From NCBI GenBank assembly GCA_964016885.1, contig OZ024743.1, forward strand, positions 213,528,001-213,592,000: a stretch of DNA of 64,000 nt. Direction: 5' to 3'. This DNA comes from Eledone cirrhosa. Lineage: Eukaryota. The notes beneath the pieces are model-generated. The model made no database searches and had not been told where the DNA came from. It saw nothing but the letters and a program-made list of their open reading frames with translations. A program made the translations under genes and the position numbers. Of the stretch, positions 1-13,372 are shown in pieces; within the stretch, counting starts at the first letter, position 1; each line of letters starts with the position of its first letter.

Positions 1-483
1 TTTTAATAACCCTCTCTATATCTACTACCACCAAATTTCCCCCTCTCTATATCTACTACATGGAACTCTCTTCGAATGCCCCTCTCTATATCAATTAACA
101 CCAAACTCTCACCCTCTCTATATCAATTATCCCAAAACTCTCCCCCGCTCTATATCTACTATGCAACACTCTCTCTCATTCCTTCTCACTCTATCCATCA
201 CTACAAAACTCTCCCCCTCTCTAGATGAATGAAAACCTATCTCTATCAATTCTCTCACTGTAGTCATTTACACCAAACTTTCCTCCACTCTACATAAACC
301 ATACAACACTGTCTCCCAATCCCCTTCTCTATGTCAATTAACAACAAACTCTCCCTCTCTTTATATCTATTAGAGGTAACTCTCTTCCAATACCACTCTC
401 TATGTCAATTAAGACCAAACTTTCCTCCTCTCTATATCTATATGCACGGAAATCTCTTCCAATCCCCTTTTCTATATCAATTA
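1..483. repeat. Degenerate ~30-bp C/T-rich minisatellite (left part, interrupted by the LINE)
   Basis: Recurrent units like CCCTCTCTATATC(T/A)A(C/T)TAC...AAACTCTC; the same repeat resumes at 6163. Confidence 0.85.
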
Positions 484-673
484 CCACTTGATATAGACGT
501 GAATTACTTTGCTCCGGACTTTTACGGATTATTGTCAAAAAAACTGAGTTCATTGCTCAATTTAATAGCATTGTTTAGTTTAACCCCTTGCCTAGGCCGT
601 CAGACGTTGAGTCAACAAATTTTCGCCCCTCTCTGGGGCGAAATTTTCATTTTCATCTCAAAACTGTGTAGAC

Positions 674-2464
674 TTGGTGGCAATGGATGCCATTTCCACC
701 TCGCACACTGTCGTGAGTGCTACGCCCACTAGGAAAAGTGGTGGATGGAAGGTAGGAGTACAAAGCTTGCAGCCTTCCCCCCTCGCATTATCGAAAAACG
801 TTGAAAATATTGAAACCACGAAACCAAACCCGGTAAATAATACCAGCACCAACAACAAGAACAATGACAATAACACCACAACCAACAACTGCAACAATAG
901 CAACACCAAGGAAAACATGAACAATATTACCAACAGTGACAGCAACAAAAAAGACAACAACACCAAAACAACATTCGCACAGACTGTAAAAAAAAACGAA
1001 CTATACACGCCAATAGACATAACAAATGCTAAACAACTATTACAAGACGCAAAACAATTCGTGACTTTTGGTAAAAACCGTGATTTTAGCATCAATTCTC
1101 CACAGGAATTACGAAGAGAGGCTGTCCTGAAAACTGGTTTTCAGGACAATATCGAACGAAACAAGAAAACCAGCTCAATTATCACAAAATGAAATTATGC
1201 TGGTTCTAAAAGATGCAATGAAGGACTTAACCTTCATACAAAAAGGCAAACTGTTTGGTAGCATTTCGGTGCTAATGAACAACCAGTCAACAGCACAGAA
1301 GTACACGGTATCACCCATTGTGTCCTCCCGCTTCACCTTTTTCCCCACATACAGGGGGAAAAGGACACAAAGAATAAAAATAATGAGTATCACACCAAAT
1401 GTAAATATTTGGTGGATACTATGTGGAATCATTGACTTTGACGAAGACAAGATAATTTCAATAGGAAAGTCCTCCGGAGGTGTATTTGGTGGGACCAGCG
1501 TAGAAGTTCTGGTGCAAATGATCCCAGAACGAATAGCGAATATCCCACAACGCGTGCCTCTAGACGGGCTAACTTATATAAACATTTCAGTGGAGGGAAG
1601 GCGGCCGTCATGTTACCACTGCTTAAGTAGGGGTCACCTGAGGGCTGCCTGTCCTCAATTAACGAGTAAAAAAAAAAGGCTCTTCTGCCAACCCCGAACA
1701 CAACAACACAACCACCACCACCACAACAACAACAACAACCACAACAACACGGAAAAATAACAACACAAAACACTGTTCCACCCAACCCCTCCCCACCTAA
1801 AACAAATACAAAAGCAACCACAACAAAACCCCAAAACATACCCCTCCCCAACAACACGGAAGAGGACTCCGTATCAACGTCACCCAGTGACGACGAGGGA
1901 GAATCCTTTCAACAGTTGAAAAAAAGGCACCACATTAACAAAAATGCCACAAACACACAACCACCAGCACAAACAGAACAAACATCACAAATAAAAACCC
2001 CACCCCTCCCCAAAACATAGCACGTACTACAAAACGCAAACACGCACAAGAACAACAAACAAAAACAAACACAACAGAAACTCTATACATACATTAACAA
2101 GAACAATAAAACGTTGATGAAAGCTATAGAAGATAACCCTTCGGTGGAAACTGAAGGGATCACTTTCACCTACGCAGCGAACAAACCGCACCTAATGATG
2201 ATTAGGGTCCCAACGGAAACCTATGTAACTTTAAAAAAGAACCATCCAATGCATGTGGGCACCAACTGCACCAAACCACATAACAGCGTCCTATTGGGAT
2301 GTTTCCCCACCCCCACATCAGACACCAACACCCCACCAAACACCCAAATCCCACCACACACTGATGTCCTCACCCCACCACAAACCACCACCCCACCAAA
2401 CAACCCTTCCAACACCCCCATGGAAATTGTGCAGCCTGGTCCCAGGAGACGAAGAGGTAAGTAA
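674..2464 (+). pseudogene. LINE ORF1 (gag-like, zinc knuckle), frameshifted
   Basis: ORF pieces 674-1192, 1197-1760 (CYHCLSRGHLRAAC = CX2CX4HX4C) and 2114-2464, with N/T/P-rich linkers. Confidence 0.75.
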
Positions 2465-2503
2465 TTTCCTTTCCTCTTCCTTTTTAACTCTTCAGCCCCC
2501 AAC

Positions 2504-5500
2504 ATGGCCAATATAAGAGTTGGATGTGTGAATGCACGCGGCCTGGGGATGTCCTGGAAACAGGGCAAACTCTTAAATGACCTCAGGTCGCACAGAGTGG
2601 ATGTAATGGTTATTTGCGAGTCCAGGATCAGCAGCGAGCGCCAACTGGCTCCCATCTTCGACGACTTTGAGATCTACGCATCTCTCTGTCAGCCGAGGGG
2701 TGGGGTTGGGTTGTCTTTTTGCTGCGAAAATACCTGGGTCTTGCAACACAGAAGGTACACCTGGACCTGGAAGGTCGACTGGTGGTTTTAGACGTCGGCA
2801 TTGGTGAAGGTGGTGCTTTCAGGCTGGTGGCAGCGTATGCCCCATCTGGGACACCGTGACCGGACTTCTTCCGACGCCTGAAGAATTTCCTGGGAACGTC
2901 TCGCTCCTTGCTTTTAGTTGGGGACTAGAATGGTATCCTGGATGCATGTTGGGACTATGTAGGGGCATGTCCCGATAGAGGGGGGTGTAACAGCCTCAAA
3001 CAATTAATCGGCTGATTTGATCTGGCCGATAGATATCGACTAGATTTTCCGACTGTGCCACGGTGGACGTGGAGTAATCGCAGCGGAACATCTCGGTCGT
3101 ACCTAGATAGGTTCCTAGTTAGAAATAAGGATAGGGACATATTAAGGTGTCCACGAATGTTCATGGTTGACTATTCGGATCACAAGTTGGTGACCGGAGT
3201 GGTCAACCTTGATAGAACTCATAGACAGGGACCCAGTTACTGGAAGCTAAACTTGTCTTTACCGACAAACAAAGCTTACAGTAAGCGGATTAGCACACTA
3301 GTTAAGCAGCGTTTGACGGGGACAATTGTCTACAGCAGGTGGTGGGCTCTCTCAAGAGAAAAATTAGAATAGAATCGATAGGTTTTAGTCGGGAATTAGC
3401 ATCAGATAGGAATAGAACTGAAAAGGAATTAACAAATAGAGTAGAAGAGGCGATTAGGAGTGGCAACGTGGCCGGCGTGCTGGCGTCAAGAACGGCCCTA
3501 GACCAGTTCTTTGATGCGAAGCACGAGGGATGCGTTCTCAGGAGTAAAATACGTGCTCTGGGTAACGAGGGAGCCAAAGCTGTTAGCTGGGCCCGAGTGA
3601 CAGAGGCAAAGAGTGGAAACAAGTCCACGATTCGGTCTTTGAAGGACCAGGATGGACGCGTAATCCTTGAACCTAAGCGGATGAGCGCGGCCTTTCAACG
3701 GCGCTTTGCACGACTGTTCGGGAGGGGCGGCGGGCCGGATGGGGCCATGGATTTCGGTCCATACCTCGACGGTCTGGCGCGGCTCTCGGACGGGGAGGCA
3801 AAGTCCTGCGAGAGGCCGATTTCAGCCGCTGAAATAGGGGAAGCGCTGAGCCAATGCGGCAAACGCAAATCTCCCGGTCTCGATGGTCTACCATACGAAC
3901 TTTATGTAGCGATGCCGGGCTTATTCTCCGGTCACCTCGAGGCGGTCTACTACAACTGGCAACAGAACGGGAGAATTCCCAGTTCTGTGACCAAGGGCGT
4001 AATCACGCTGGTGAGGAAGGACGAGAACAAGGGTGATGACATAGATTACTTCAGGCCCATAACTCTGCTAAACACAGAGTTAAAGATTTTGGCCAAGGTG
4101 TTAGCGAAGAGGTTGGCGCTTGTCGTCGGGAGCCTGGTGGGAGAAGTGCAGACATGCGCAATCCCGTCCAGGTCCATACACGACAACCTCCACCTCATGC
4201 GATACATCGTAGAGAGGGTAGGGAACGAACCCGGCGTTGGTGGGGCCCTGATCAACTTGGATCAATCTAAGGCGTTCGATAGGGTTGACCATCGGTACGT
4301 GGATGCGGTGCTCGCGGCGGCATGCTTCGGACCCGTTTTGAGGGGCTGGATTGCTGCAATGCACAGCAGCAACACCTGCTCGAGGGTCAAGATGAACGGC
4401 TACCTCTCTGAGCCGTTCCAAATCACGCGATCCATCCGAAAGGGATGCCCTCTCTCCTCCCTCCCGTATGTGCTGGCTCTCGAGCCACTACTGCGGAAGC
4501 TGGAGCTGTTGCAGGGCATCCCCTTGGAACCGGGATTGCGGAAAGCCGTGTCGGCCTACGCCGATGACGTGACAGTAATGGTGTCGTGCGCCTCGGAAAT
4601 CAGGCAGATCGGCACCTTACTGGAGGAATATGAAAGGTTCACAGGAGCCAAGCTGAACCGGGACAAGTCCGTCGGTTTGCAACTCGGGACGTGGAGAGGC
4701 AAAACGATGCCTTCCGACCGCTTCGTCGGACGCTGGACGGAGGGACCGGTGAAGCTGCTCGGGGTCTGGTGCGGACCGGACCTCCAGGTGGGAAAAAACT
4801 GGGACGAGGTAACGGGCAAGGTGTTTGCACTCGCCCAGATGTGGGCCGAGTGCAAACTATCCCTGAAAGGTCGAGCGGAGGTGGCGAACGCTTATATAGT
4901 CTCCGTCATCTACTACCGCTTGACCGTCGTGCCTTGCCCAGAGAAAACACTCGCCAAAATGGAGCGCGCGCTCTTCCGATTTCTTTGGAAGAACCGGCTC
5001 CTTTGGTGAGAAGATCCATCTGCTGTTAACACCCTTCGAACGGAGGGCTGGGGTGCCGTGGCAGACGATGCGTAGACACGCATTAAGGCTACGGCACCTC
5101 CAGCTATTCCTCACCGGTCAGCCGGTGTAGGCCCTGTTTGGGAGCCGAGCCATTCCGAGACTCGTCTCACTCACCGAGCTGCAATCCTGGGTCAAGCAAA
5201 GACCGAGAAAAGTGGGCGACTGGCACATTTAATGTGCCCAGGCGCTCACGGCCTTCTGGCAAGCGGATCCGGCAATCAGTGGAGACTCAACCTCAACATT
5301 CTATAGAGGGTTGGTGCGCAGTAAGTGCGACGAAGCTCTCGGAGAGGCTCTGGTCATGGAGGAAGACGAGCTGGCCGGTCTGTTCGGCAGGACGTTTGGC
5401 CCGGGACCGATGGACAACTTCCAAATGTCCCTGGCTTGGCAATGTTACCGAGGAGCTCTACCCGTTCGGGACAGCTCTACAGACACGGGCGCCTGGGTAG

Positions 5501-5936
5501 GGATCCCTCGAAGAAGATCTGTCCGAGATGTGTGCGTGACGAGGAAACCGTCGCACACGCATTCGTACACTGCCCGAGCGTTGCTGACCTGTGGGGCTAT
5601 ATGGAACGACTACTGTCTCGGGTGGGACCAATCCGGTTGACCACCGAGAACATTGTCACGATCAAACCGCCTCCCCCTTTCAAAAACGAAGGAGAGGCGG
5701 TTTTCCTCTGTGTGATAACCATGGCGAAAGAAGTTGTATGGTGGACAAGGTTGAAAGGGCTGAGGTCAGACACCTTTCTCTCCGGCCAACAACTGGTCTT
5801 TTTTTTCAAGTACCACTTTAGAAGAAGGATCAGAATGGAGAGAGAGGTGCTCTACCCCAGCAAGTTTTATGAAAGGTGGGTGAAAGTAGCGAGAATGGCC
5901 CAAGTGAATGGGCCTTCTCTCTATATCAGCCTGTAG
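2504..5936 (+). pseudogene. LINE ORF2: apurinic endonuclease + reverse transcriptase + C-terminal CCHC, with stops and frameshifts
   Basis: APE motifs NARGL, SYLDRFL, YSDHKL; RT motifs KSPGLDGLP, FRPITLLN, DQSKAFDRV, GCPLS, YADD; zf-RVT motif CPRC..ETVAHAFVHC. Confidence 0.93.
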
Positions 5937-6162
5937 GTGAGAGAGGAGAAGAATGAGAAAAGGAAGGAAGCACCCGCTCTTTGTGCTCCTGAAGAGGAGG
6001 GTTGCACATTTTTTCGGGTGTATGTGCGACCCATGTCAACGCGCCTCCTTATTGAGGACATCGATTGTTAAATTTAATTTGTTATATGTTTTTTACACGA
6101 TTTTTAAATGTATGTAAACTCCCCCCTTTGTATTTGATGCCCTGGTGGCAAATAAATAGAAA

Positions 6163-6572
6163 TCTATATCAATTAACGCCAAACTCTCCCCCTCCCTATA
6201 TCTACTACATGGAACTCTCTTCCAATACCCCTCTCGATATCAATTAATGCCAAACTCTTCCACTCTCTGTATCCATTACACGGAATTCTCTTCCAATACC
6301 CCTCTCTATATACATTAATGCCAATCTCTCATACAAAACACTCTATATCTTTACCACTAAACTCTCCCCCTCTCTATATCAATCAATATTACATTTTCCC
6401 CTTCTCTATATCTACCACACGCCACTCATACCCAGTTTCCCTCCCTATATTAATTACCACTACACTCTCCAACACTCTGCATCTACCACACGGTACTCTT
6501 CCAATGCCTTTCTGTATATCAATTAACACTAAACTCTCCCCCTCCTTATATCTACCACGACACTGTCTCTCT
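6163..6572. repeat. Degenerate ~30-bp minisatellite (right part)
   Basis: Same CCCTCTCTATATC.A.TA units as 1-483. Confidence 0.85.
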
Positions 6573-6977
6573 CAAATATAGGCCAGCAAATACAGTATAT
6601 TGTTATTAATAATTTAGCGTTGAAAAGAGTGAAAAAATATATATTGCCACGAAAAAAGCCATTAAAAATTCACGGAAGATATTTACGATTCGGCGAATAT
6701 GGTGGTTTCCACGAACAATTATTAGTTAGGCTCTAAGGAAAATCCGTGAATAACCGGGACCGCGCATGCCGGCGGTTCAGCTGTATCTTCTTTAAGAAGG
6801 TATGGTGATGAAGGTGGAGGTGGGTTCAACAGGTCAAGAATTCACTTTGTTAAAAACAGAAAATGTTCTTACCATTCAAACAAATTATTCAGATGGCATT
6901 TTTAAAGAGTGTGTCAGGGGTATTAAGGTGGAGTTCAATAGAGAGAATACTAATATTAATCAGAATAATAGCAGAAT

Positions 6978-7172
6978 AATAGGTACAAGGCCAACAATTT
7001 TGGGGAGAGGGGAAAGTAGATTAAATCGACTCCAGTACGTAACTGGTACTTTATTTTACAGACACCGTAAGGATGAAAGGCAAAACTACCTCGGTGCGAT
7101 TTGAACTCAGGGCAGAAAGGGCCGTAACGCTATGTTACAAAGCATGCTGTCCGACACCCAACCGATACTGCC
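6978..7172 (-). mobile_element. Octopod-type SINE copy
   Basis: Colinear with the copy at 26981-27171 (TGGTACTTTATTTTA..GAC, GGATGAAAGGCAAA, ATTTGAACTC). Confidence 0.75.
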
Positions 7173-7192
7173 AAAATAATAATAATAATAAT

Positions 7193-7420
7193 CGTTTCTG
7201 ATTTAGGCACAAGGCGAGCAATTTTTGGGGCAAGGGAAAGTCGGTTAAATCGACCCCAGTGCGGAACTGATACTTATCTTATCGACCCCGCCGAGGTTAG
7301 CTTTGCCATTTATCCTTACGCGGACGATAAAATAAAGCACCAGTAATGCACTAGAGTTGATTCAATTAACTTTTCCCTCCCCACAAATTGCTGGCCTTGT
7401 GCCTAAAGTGGAAACATTTA
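7193..7420. mobile_element. Two partial copies of the same SINE in inverted orientation
   Basis: Minus-strand tail at 7193-7288 abuts plus-strand CCGCCGAGGTTAGCTTTGCC...GGCCTTGTGCCTAAAG at 7288-7415. Confidence 0.7.
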
Positions 7421-7739
7421 TTATTATTATTACCATATGCGTCTAAGCAACGAGGGAGTCAAGAATTACAGCAGCAAAGAGAAGGGAGGGAAGAGAAGGC
7501 ATTCACTTGGAGCGACAGTTTAAATGGAAATGCAGGTATATTTAAACTACTTCAATATTTCTGTACTTAATGACCCTAACTGTGGACATCCGGTTCTTTC
7601 AAAAATTCTGTCTTTGTCTTTCATTGTATATCCTTTAATTCAATGCACTGGGAACCAGCTTGGAACATACACATACATACTTAGACACGCGCATAAACAC
7701 ATACACAGACACATATATATTCCATTTCCTTTTTGCATG

Positions 7740-7851
<112 letters not shown>

Positions 7852-7953
7852 TTATACATATACGTGCACACAAACACTTATATATTTTGCACGCAGTTAG
7901 TTTATGCAATCATAATTACAATTATTACTGGCGAGAGGCGTGCATGAAAGGAT

Positions 7954-8007
<54 letters not shown>

Positions 8008-8049
8008 TAGATAGATAGATACATATATACATGTACACATACACCCATA

Positions 8050-8085
<36 letters not shown>

Positions 8086-8889
8086 AATATATACAAATAT
8101 ATATATGATGTAATTTTGGAATAGAATGATTAAGAAATTTGAATAACTACATATAATAGATTGTGTTGGTCTTTATGTTTATACTCATATATCTACTCAG
8201 TTTTTGTTCACAATTAAATAACATATTTGTTTCTAGTTATGCGTATAAACCATGAAATTTCCATTCACATGTTCAAAGATATAAAGCACACACAGACGCC
8301 CACACAGACACATGCACTGGCATGCACACAGACACACATATAGGTAAACACTCCCTCAAATACGGGTGTAATAGTAGTAAAGAGAGAAAAGGGGAGACAT
8401 GGTGGTTAGTATGTGAAATAATTATAATAATAATTGTTTCTACTTTTGGCACAAGGCCAGCAATCATTCCAGTGTATTACTGTTACTTTATTTTATCGAC
8501 CCTTTAAGGATGAAAGACAATAATTATAATAATAATGACAGTACGTGTAAGTGCATATTGTGAGTTGTTTTGTATGTTCATTGGCAAATCTCTACTGTAT
8601 GAATCTGATTATTGACAGTTACACATATATAGGTATATATTATATGGTACGTTTATATTTACATCTATAAGAATATACATACACACACACATATATATGT
8701 GTGTTAATATAAATATATATATATATACTGTATATATATATATAAATATATTTACCTATGTGTGTGTGCGCATGTATGTGTATCTATATATATATCTATC
8801 TATGTAGACATGTAGTACACACAAACACCTAATCACCCACACACTCGTAGGAGGCATTGAAAGCTTTCTTATGAAATCACTACGCGCTA

Positions 8890-9085
8890 GTTATCTCATC
8901 AGAATTGGTGACAAAAGAGTCCTCATGTACAACTAGCTTGATGGTGGATATAGAAATACTGGATGGCCATGGTTCAGGTACAAAGAGAAGCTGAATAATA
9001 ATCATTCAGCAACCAATATACCTTACGAAACACTTGAAGAAGAGGCCTGGGGTGCAAGAAGTGGAGATCCATGTGTCATAATGGG
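8890..9085 (+). mobile_element. Decayed RTE-type LINE 3' coding end
   Basis: Translates to ..GYRNTGWPWFRYKEKL...YETLEEEA..., resembling the RTE C-terminal GRP..RYKD..WE..A.DR..WR motif. Confidence 0.5.
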
Positions 9086-9345
9086 ATCAGCAACTTCGAG
9101 TCCGGTTGTATCCATAGACTAAATGAAGCAAGAGGGAGGAGAAAAGCATTGTAAAACATATCAGCAACATTATCCAGTAAATCTCACTCTTGCACGATTT
9201 ATGAACTTGTTTGCAAACACTTCTCATGTCTAAAATGTCAGGTCCGATATAAACATCCAAATTGATTGAACTCACTAGGTTGTTCGGATACTCACACGTT
9301 GAAATCAACGGGAGAGTCCATCATATTTATATACGAGTATGCATG

Positions 9346-9469
<124 letters not shown>

Positions 9470-9470
9470 G

Positions 9471-9502
<32 letters not shown>

Positions 9503-9507
9503 GAGAG

Positions 9508-10011
9508 AGAATTCACAAGAATCAAAGCTATGTTCAAAGCATTTATTCACTTACCAACCCTGGGCTTGGAGTCTTCGGAGCATTTTTCAATGTTTGCACA
9601 TATAATTGACCTCCTTTCCGACGCAAGAGACATACAGATACACATATATATTGATGTACAGTGGAGTGACATATATTACACTATACTATTTTTGTACCTC
9701 AATTCAAATTCAAGATAAAAATAAAAATAAAAATAAAAATAAAAATAAAAATAAAAATAAAAATAAAAATAAAAATAAAAATAATAATAATAATAAAAAT
9801 AAAAATAAAAATAAATAATAAAAATAAAAATTAAAATTAAAATATATTCATCAGATAACCCAGATAATGCAGGAGGATCTTGCGCCGGAAAGGAGGTCAA
9901 TTATATGTGCAAACATTGAAAAATGGTCCGAAGACACCAAGCCTAGATTTGGATGAAACAATTGTAAGTGAATAAATGGTTTGAACAAAGCTTTGATCCT
10001 TGTGAATTCTA
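9508..10011. repeat. Fold-back element after (TA)n: inverted arms 9508-9629 and 9878-10011, (AAAAAT)n in the spacer, HHR-like motif at 9924-9970
   Basis: The arms are reverse complements. The right arm reads CCGAAGA-stemII-GAA-ACAAUUGU-A-AGUG. Confidence 0.75.
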
Positions 10012-10157
10012 TATAACTGCTCTGTAGAACAATTGATGTTATTACATTGAGCTATTTATCTTATTGGTAGTAATAAATTACTGACCTTCACTGTTTAAGG
10101 TTTAAAATATACATAACTATAAAAAGTTTAATATATACATAACCATAAATAGTGCCC

Positions 10158-10209
<52 letters not shown>

Positions 10210-10252
10210 ATATATGTATATGTATATATATATATAATATATATATATATAT

Positions 10253-10350
<98 letters not shown>

Positions 10351-10366
10351 GCATACTCGTATATAA

Positions 10367-10411
<45 letters not shown>

Positions 10412-10499
10412 TACATATATATATATATTTGTGTGTGTATATATATATAGATGTATATACATATCATTATTTAGTATAGAATGTTACGGCTCTTGCCAT

Positions 10500-10708
10500 T
10501 TTGAGTTCAAATCCCGCCGAGATTTACTTTGCCTTTCATCCTTACGGGGTCGATAAAATAAAGTACCAGTAATACACTGGTTAATTGCTGGCCTTGTGCC
10601 TAACGTAGAAACAATTATTTAGTATAGAATATCGATAAAATAAAGTACCAGTAATGTACTGAGTAATTGCTGGCCGTGTGCCTAAAATAGAAACAATTAT
10701 TTAGTATA
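10500..10708 (+). mobile_element. Octopod-type SINE 3' portions (two tandem partial copies)
   Basis: GAGTTCAAATCCCGCCGAG..CTTTGCCTTTCATCCTTACGGGGTCGATAAAATAAAGTACCAGT. Confidence 0.8.
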
Positions 10709-11234
10709 GAATGACTTCTACAGCACTAGAATATTTGGTTTCTAGTCCTATAGAAACCATTTCTATATTAGATAATGATTTTTAGGCACTTCTATTGTAA
10801 TGCGTAGTTTATTTACTGTGGTTTCCCCCGATATAACTCGAAATACATATACACACAGACACACACTAACCGGAATCGCTAGTTCTACCCATTGGTAAAA
10901 AAAATATAACATAAATGTTATTTACCTAGATAAGTATAAAGGTTAGGTCACAATTTTGCTCCCTCTTACATTTTGATGATATGGTCAATATATATATATA
11001 TATATACATCTGGTCAAAATGGAAGGAAATAGAACAAAGACTAGACACATTGTACGAAGAATAGTCATTGAGGAGGTGGTTAATTACACCTAATATTAAT
11101 AATAAACATGATGAACCGAACGGAAACTGTCGGGTGCTTGGTTTTTCTTGGCAGCAAGGCTCCAAAATGATGACAATATCTTGCAAAATCATATATAATT
11201 GGCGTGTATATATACATACATATATACGTATATA

Positions 11235-11315
<81 letters not shown>

Positions 11316-11695
11316 GAAGGGGATCGGGAAAAAAAACACAATTTGATAAGATACTAAATATATAATCATCTCGATAACACGTGTCATAATCACCTATAAT
11401 TTATAAACGAATAACTGAACATCAACATATACGCCTCAATGTTTTCTTCTAGAATCCTGATAATTTATAACTCCATGGAATACTTGTAGAGGATTAATTC
11501 TACTCTGTGATACAGCATGAAATGAACCGCATAATTGTGATAATCTATCACTTCTATTACGTCGAATACAACACAAGTGGTTAATCACATTATATCTATG
11601 TGTGTACATAAACCAATACAAATATTGGGCGTTAACGTCAGACCTTAAATCCTCAGAACGTAAAAACCGTATATATATATATTAGAGAACACGTA

Positions 11696-11738
11696 GTCAT
11701 TGAGGAGGTCACGGAATGTGTGACGAAAGAACTTTGAC
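11696..11738 (+). ncRNA. Type I hammerhead ribozyme, variant core (C3U)
   Basis: GUCA-UUGAGGA-gGUCAC(ggaaugu)GUGAC-GAA-AGAACU-U-UGAC. A degenerate sister copy lies at ~11066-11092. Confidence 0.55.
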
Positions 11739-12595
11739 GAATAAGAAGCAATAAAGTTAATGTGAATATCATATGGTGTATGTGTTTCTTTTTATTAGCA
11801 ATACTGGCAAAATGACAATCCCCATTATCTTTCAACATAGTAACTTGAACCCCCCCCCCCCCCAAAAAAAAACAACAACAACAAAACAATGAAGGTATTA
11901 AGAAGAGTTGAAATTAATGCATGTAAGATTTCACAGCTCTAGCATCACTCATTCATAGTCAGTCTATGGAATTTTCCACCGACCCTCATATACTCTCCCT
12001 CCTTCATCACCTTCATATTCTGGTTATTACTTCTTCGAAATAATATACTCGTCTGATCGCAACTAATATATATGACCTCGTCTGATCGCAACTAATATAT
12101 ATGACCTCGTCTTTCCTCACCCACACTGATCATCTCACCGATCTACTATACACACATCTTTGGCCTAAACCACACCAACTCATCACTGTAACAAGTAGTT
12201 TCACTAAGTATTTATTACATTTGGTGATATGAAGGTGATAACTACCATCCACATTGTTTTAAATATAAACAGCCAATAATATCCTAGCTATACATAACAT
12301 TATAAATACAACTCCACAATCGCATATCCTCCTTTTCATTCTATCACTTTAAACATTACTCCAACAGATTTTCCCTTCTAAACTAGGCAAACATCAAACT
12401 TTATTGAGTTATTTGATATTCTAAACCATTATGAAGCACACTTATTGTTCAAAGTGAACATCAACAATATTAACATCAGGTTACTATTTGAGAAGAGATT
12501 GCATTGTATACTGTATCATTTTTCAAACATAATAACTACCCAAAGTATAACAATATACATACATACATAGACACACACACACACACGCGCACACA

Positions 12596-12732
<137 letters not shown>

Positions 12733-12761
12733 GTATGTATATATATATATATATATATATA

Positions 12762-13125
12762 CCGTTGGGGCGCCACAGATGACCTGGCAACCAGTTCCCT
12801 CTATTTCTCTCGCCTCTCCGTCTTCCTCATGGTTGCATCTAACTTCATGCCTGTCCATTACGGGTTGTTGTACTCCCATCTCTTTCACTGTCTGCCTCTT
12901 TTCCTTCTTCCTTGTACTGTTCCCTGCAGGACAGTCTTGGCAAGCCCTGAAGGTATTGTTACGTGCCTGTACCATCTCAATTTGCGTTTTTTCGCAACGG
13001 CCAGCAGTTCTTTGTAGGGCCCGATGTCTTGCTAAATTCTGTTTCGCACCTCATCATTTGAGATGCGGTCTATGTAGGTGATGCTAAAGAGCTTTCTGAA
13101 GCATCTCATTTCCATAGTCTGAATT
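12762..13125 (-). mobile_element. RTE (BovB-like) LINE 3' fragment
   Basis: Minus-strand translation MRCFRKL..ITYIDRISNDEVR..KKRKLRWYRHV..GLAKTVLQGTVQGRRKRGRQ. Confidence 0.85.
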
Positions 13126-13130
13126 CAGGC

Positions 13131-13159
<29 letters not shown>

Positions 13160-13163
<4 letters not shown>

Positions 13164-13372
13164 AGAGTAAGGACCCGACGGCTGAGCTCTGGCCGTTTCG
13201 ACAGCTACATCCGAACTAACCTGCTGGGTTAGTTCGGATCTAGCTGTTGAAATGACCGGAACTCAGCCGTCGAGGTCCTGACTCTTTTCCTATTACCCAC
13301 TCTACAACCCTAAGTATCGAGTACTCTGGTGCGTCATGGTTCACCTGGTTCCTTACCACACTTTCTTGGTTA
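13160..13372 (+). mobile_element. (TA)n-inserted fold-back element, family F1 (half-hammerhead); copies at 43020-43221, 56224-56383 and 62711-62903
   Basis: Shared tail CCTATTACCCACTCTAC.ACCCTAAGTAT.GAGTACT..GGTTCCTTACCAC, plus a terminal palindrome. Confidence 0.8.

Larger units (their letters stand above)
484..6162 (+). mobile_element. Near full-length Tx1/L1-clade non-LTR retrotransposon (decayed)
   Basis: Contains a 5' UTR, ORF1 with a CCHC knuckle, ORF2 APE-RT-CCHC, and a 3' UTR with AATAAA at 6151. Candidate TSD TCTATATCAATTA at 471-483 and 6163-6175. Confidence 0.9.

Noticed and set aside
6600-6785. Possible Helitron 3' end (GC hairpin)
   Set aside because: No CTAG terminus or matching 5' end, and it is single copy in the window.
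8855-8910. CUGAUGA...GAAA on the minus strand
   Set aside because: The box is sequestered in a simple hairpin and stems I and III are not convincing.
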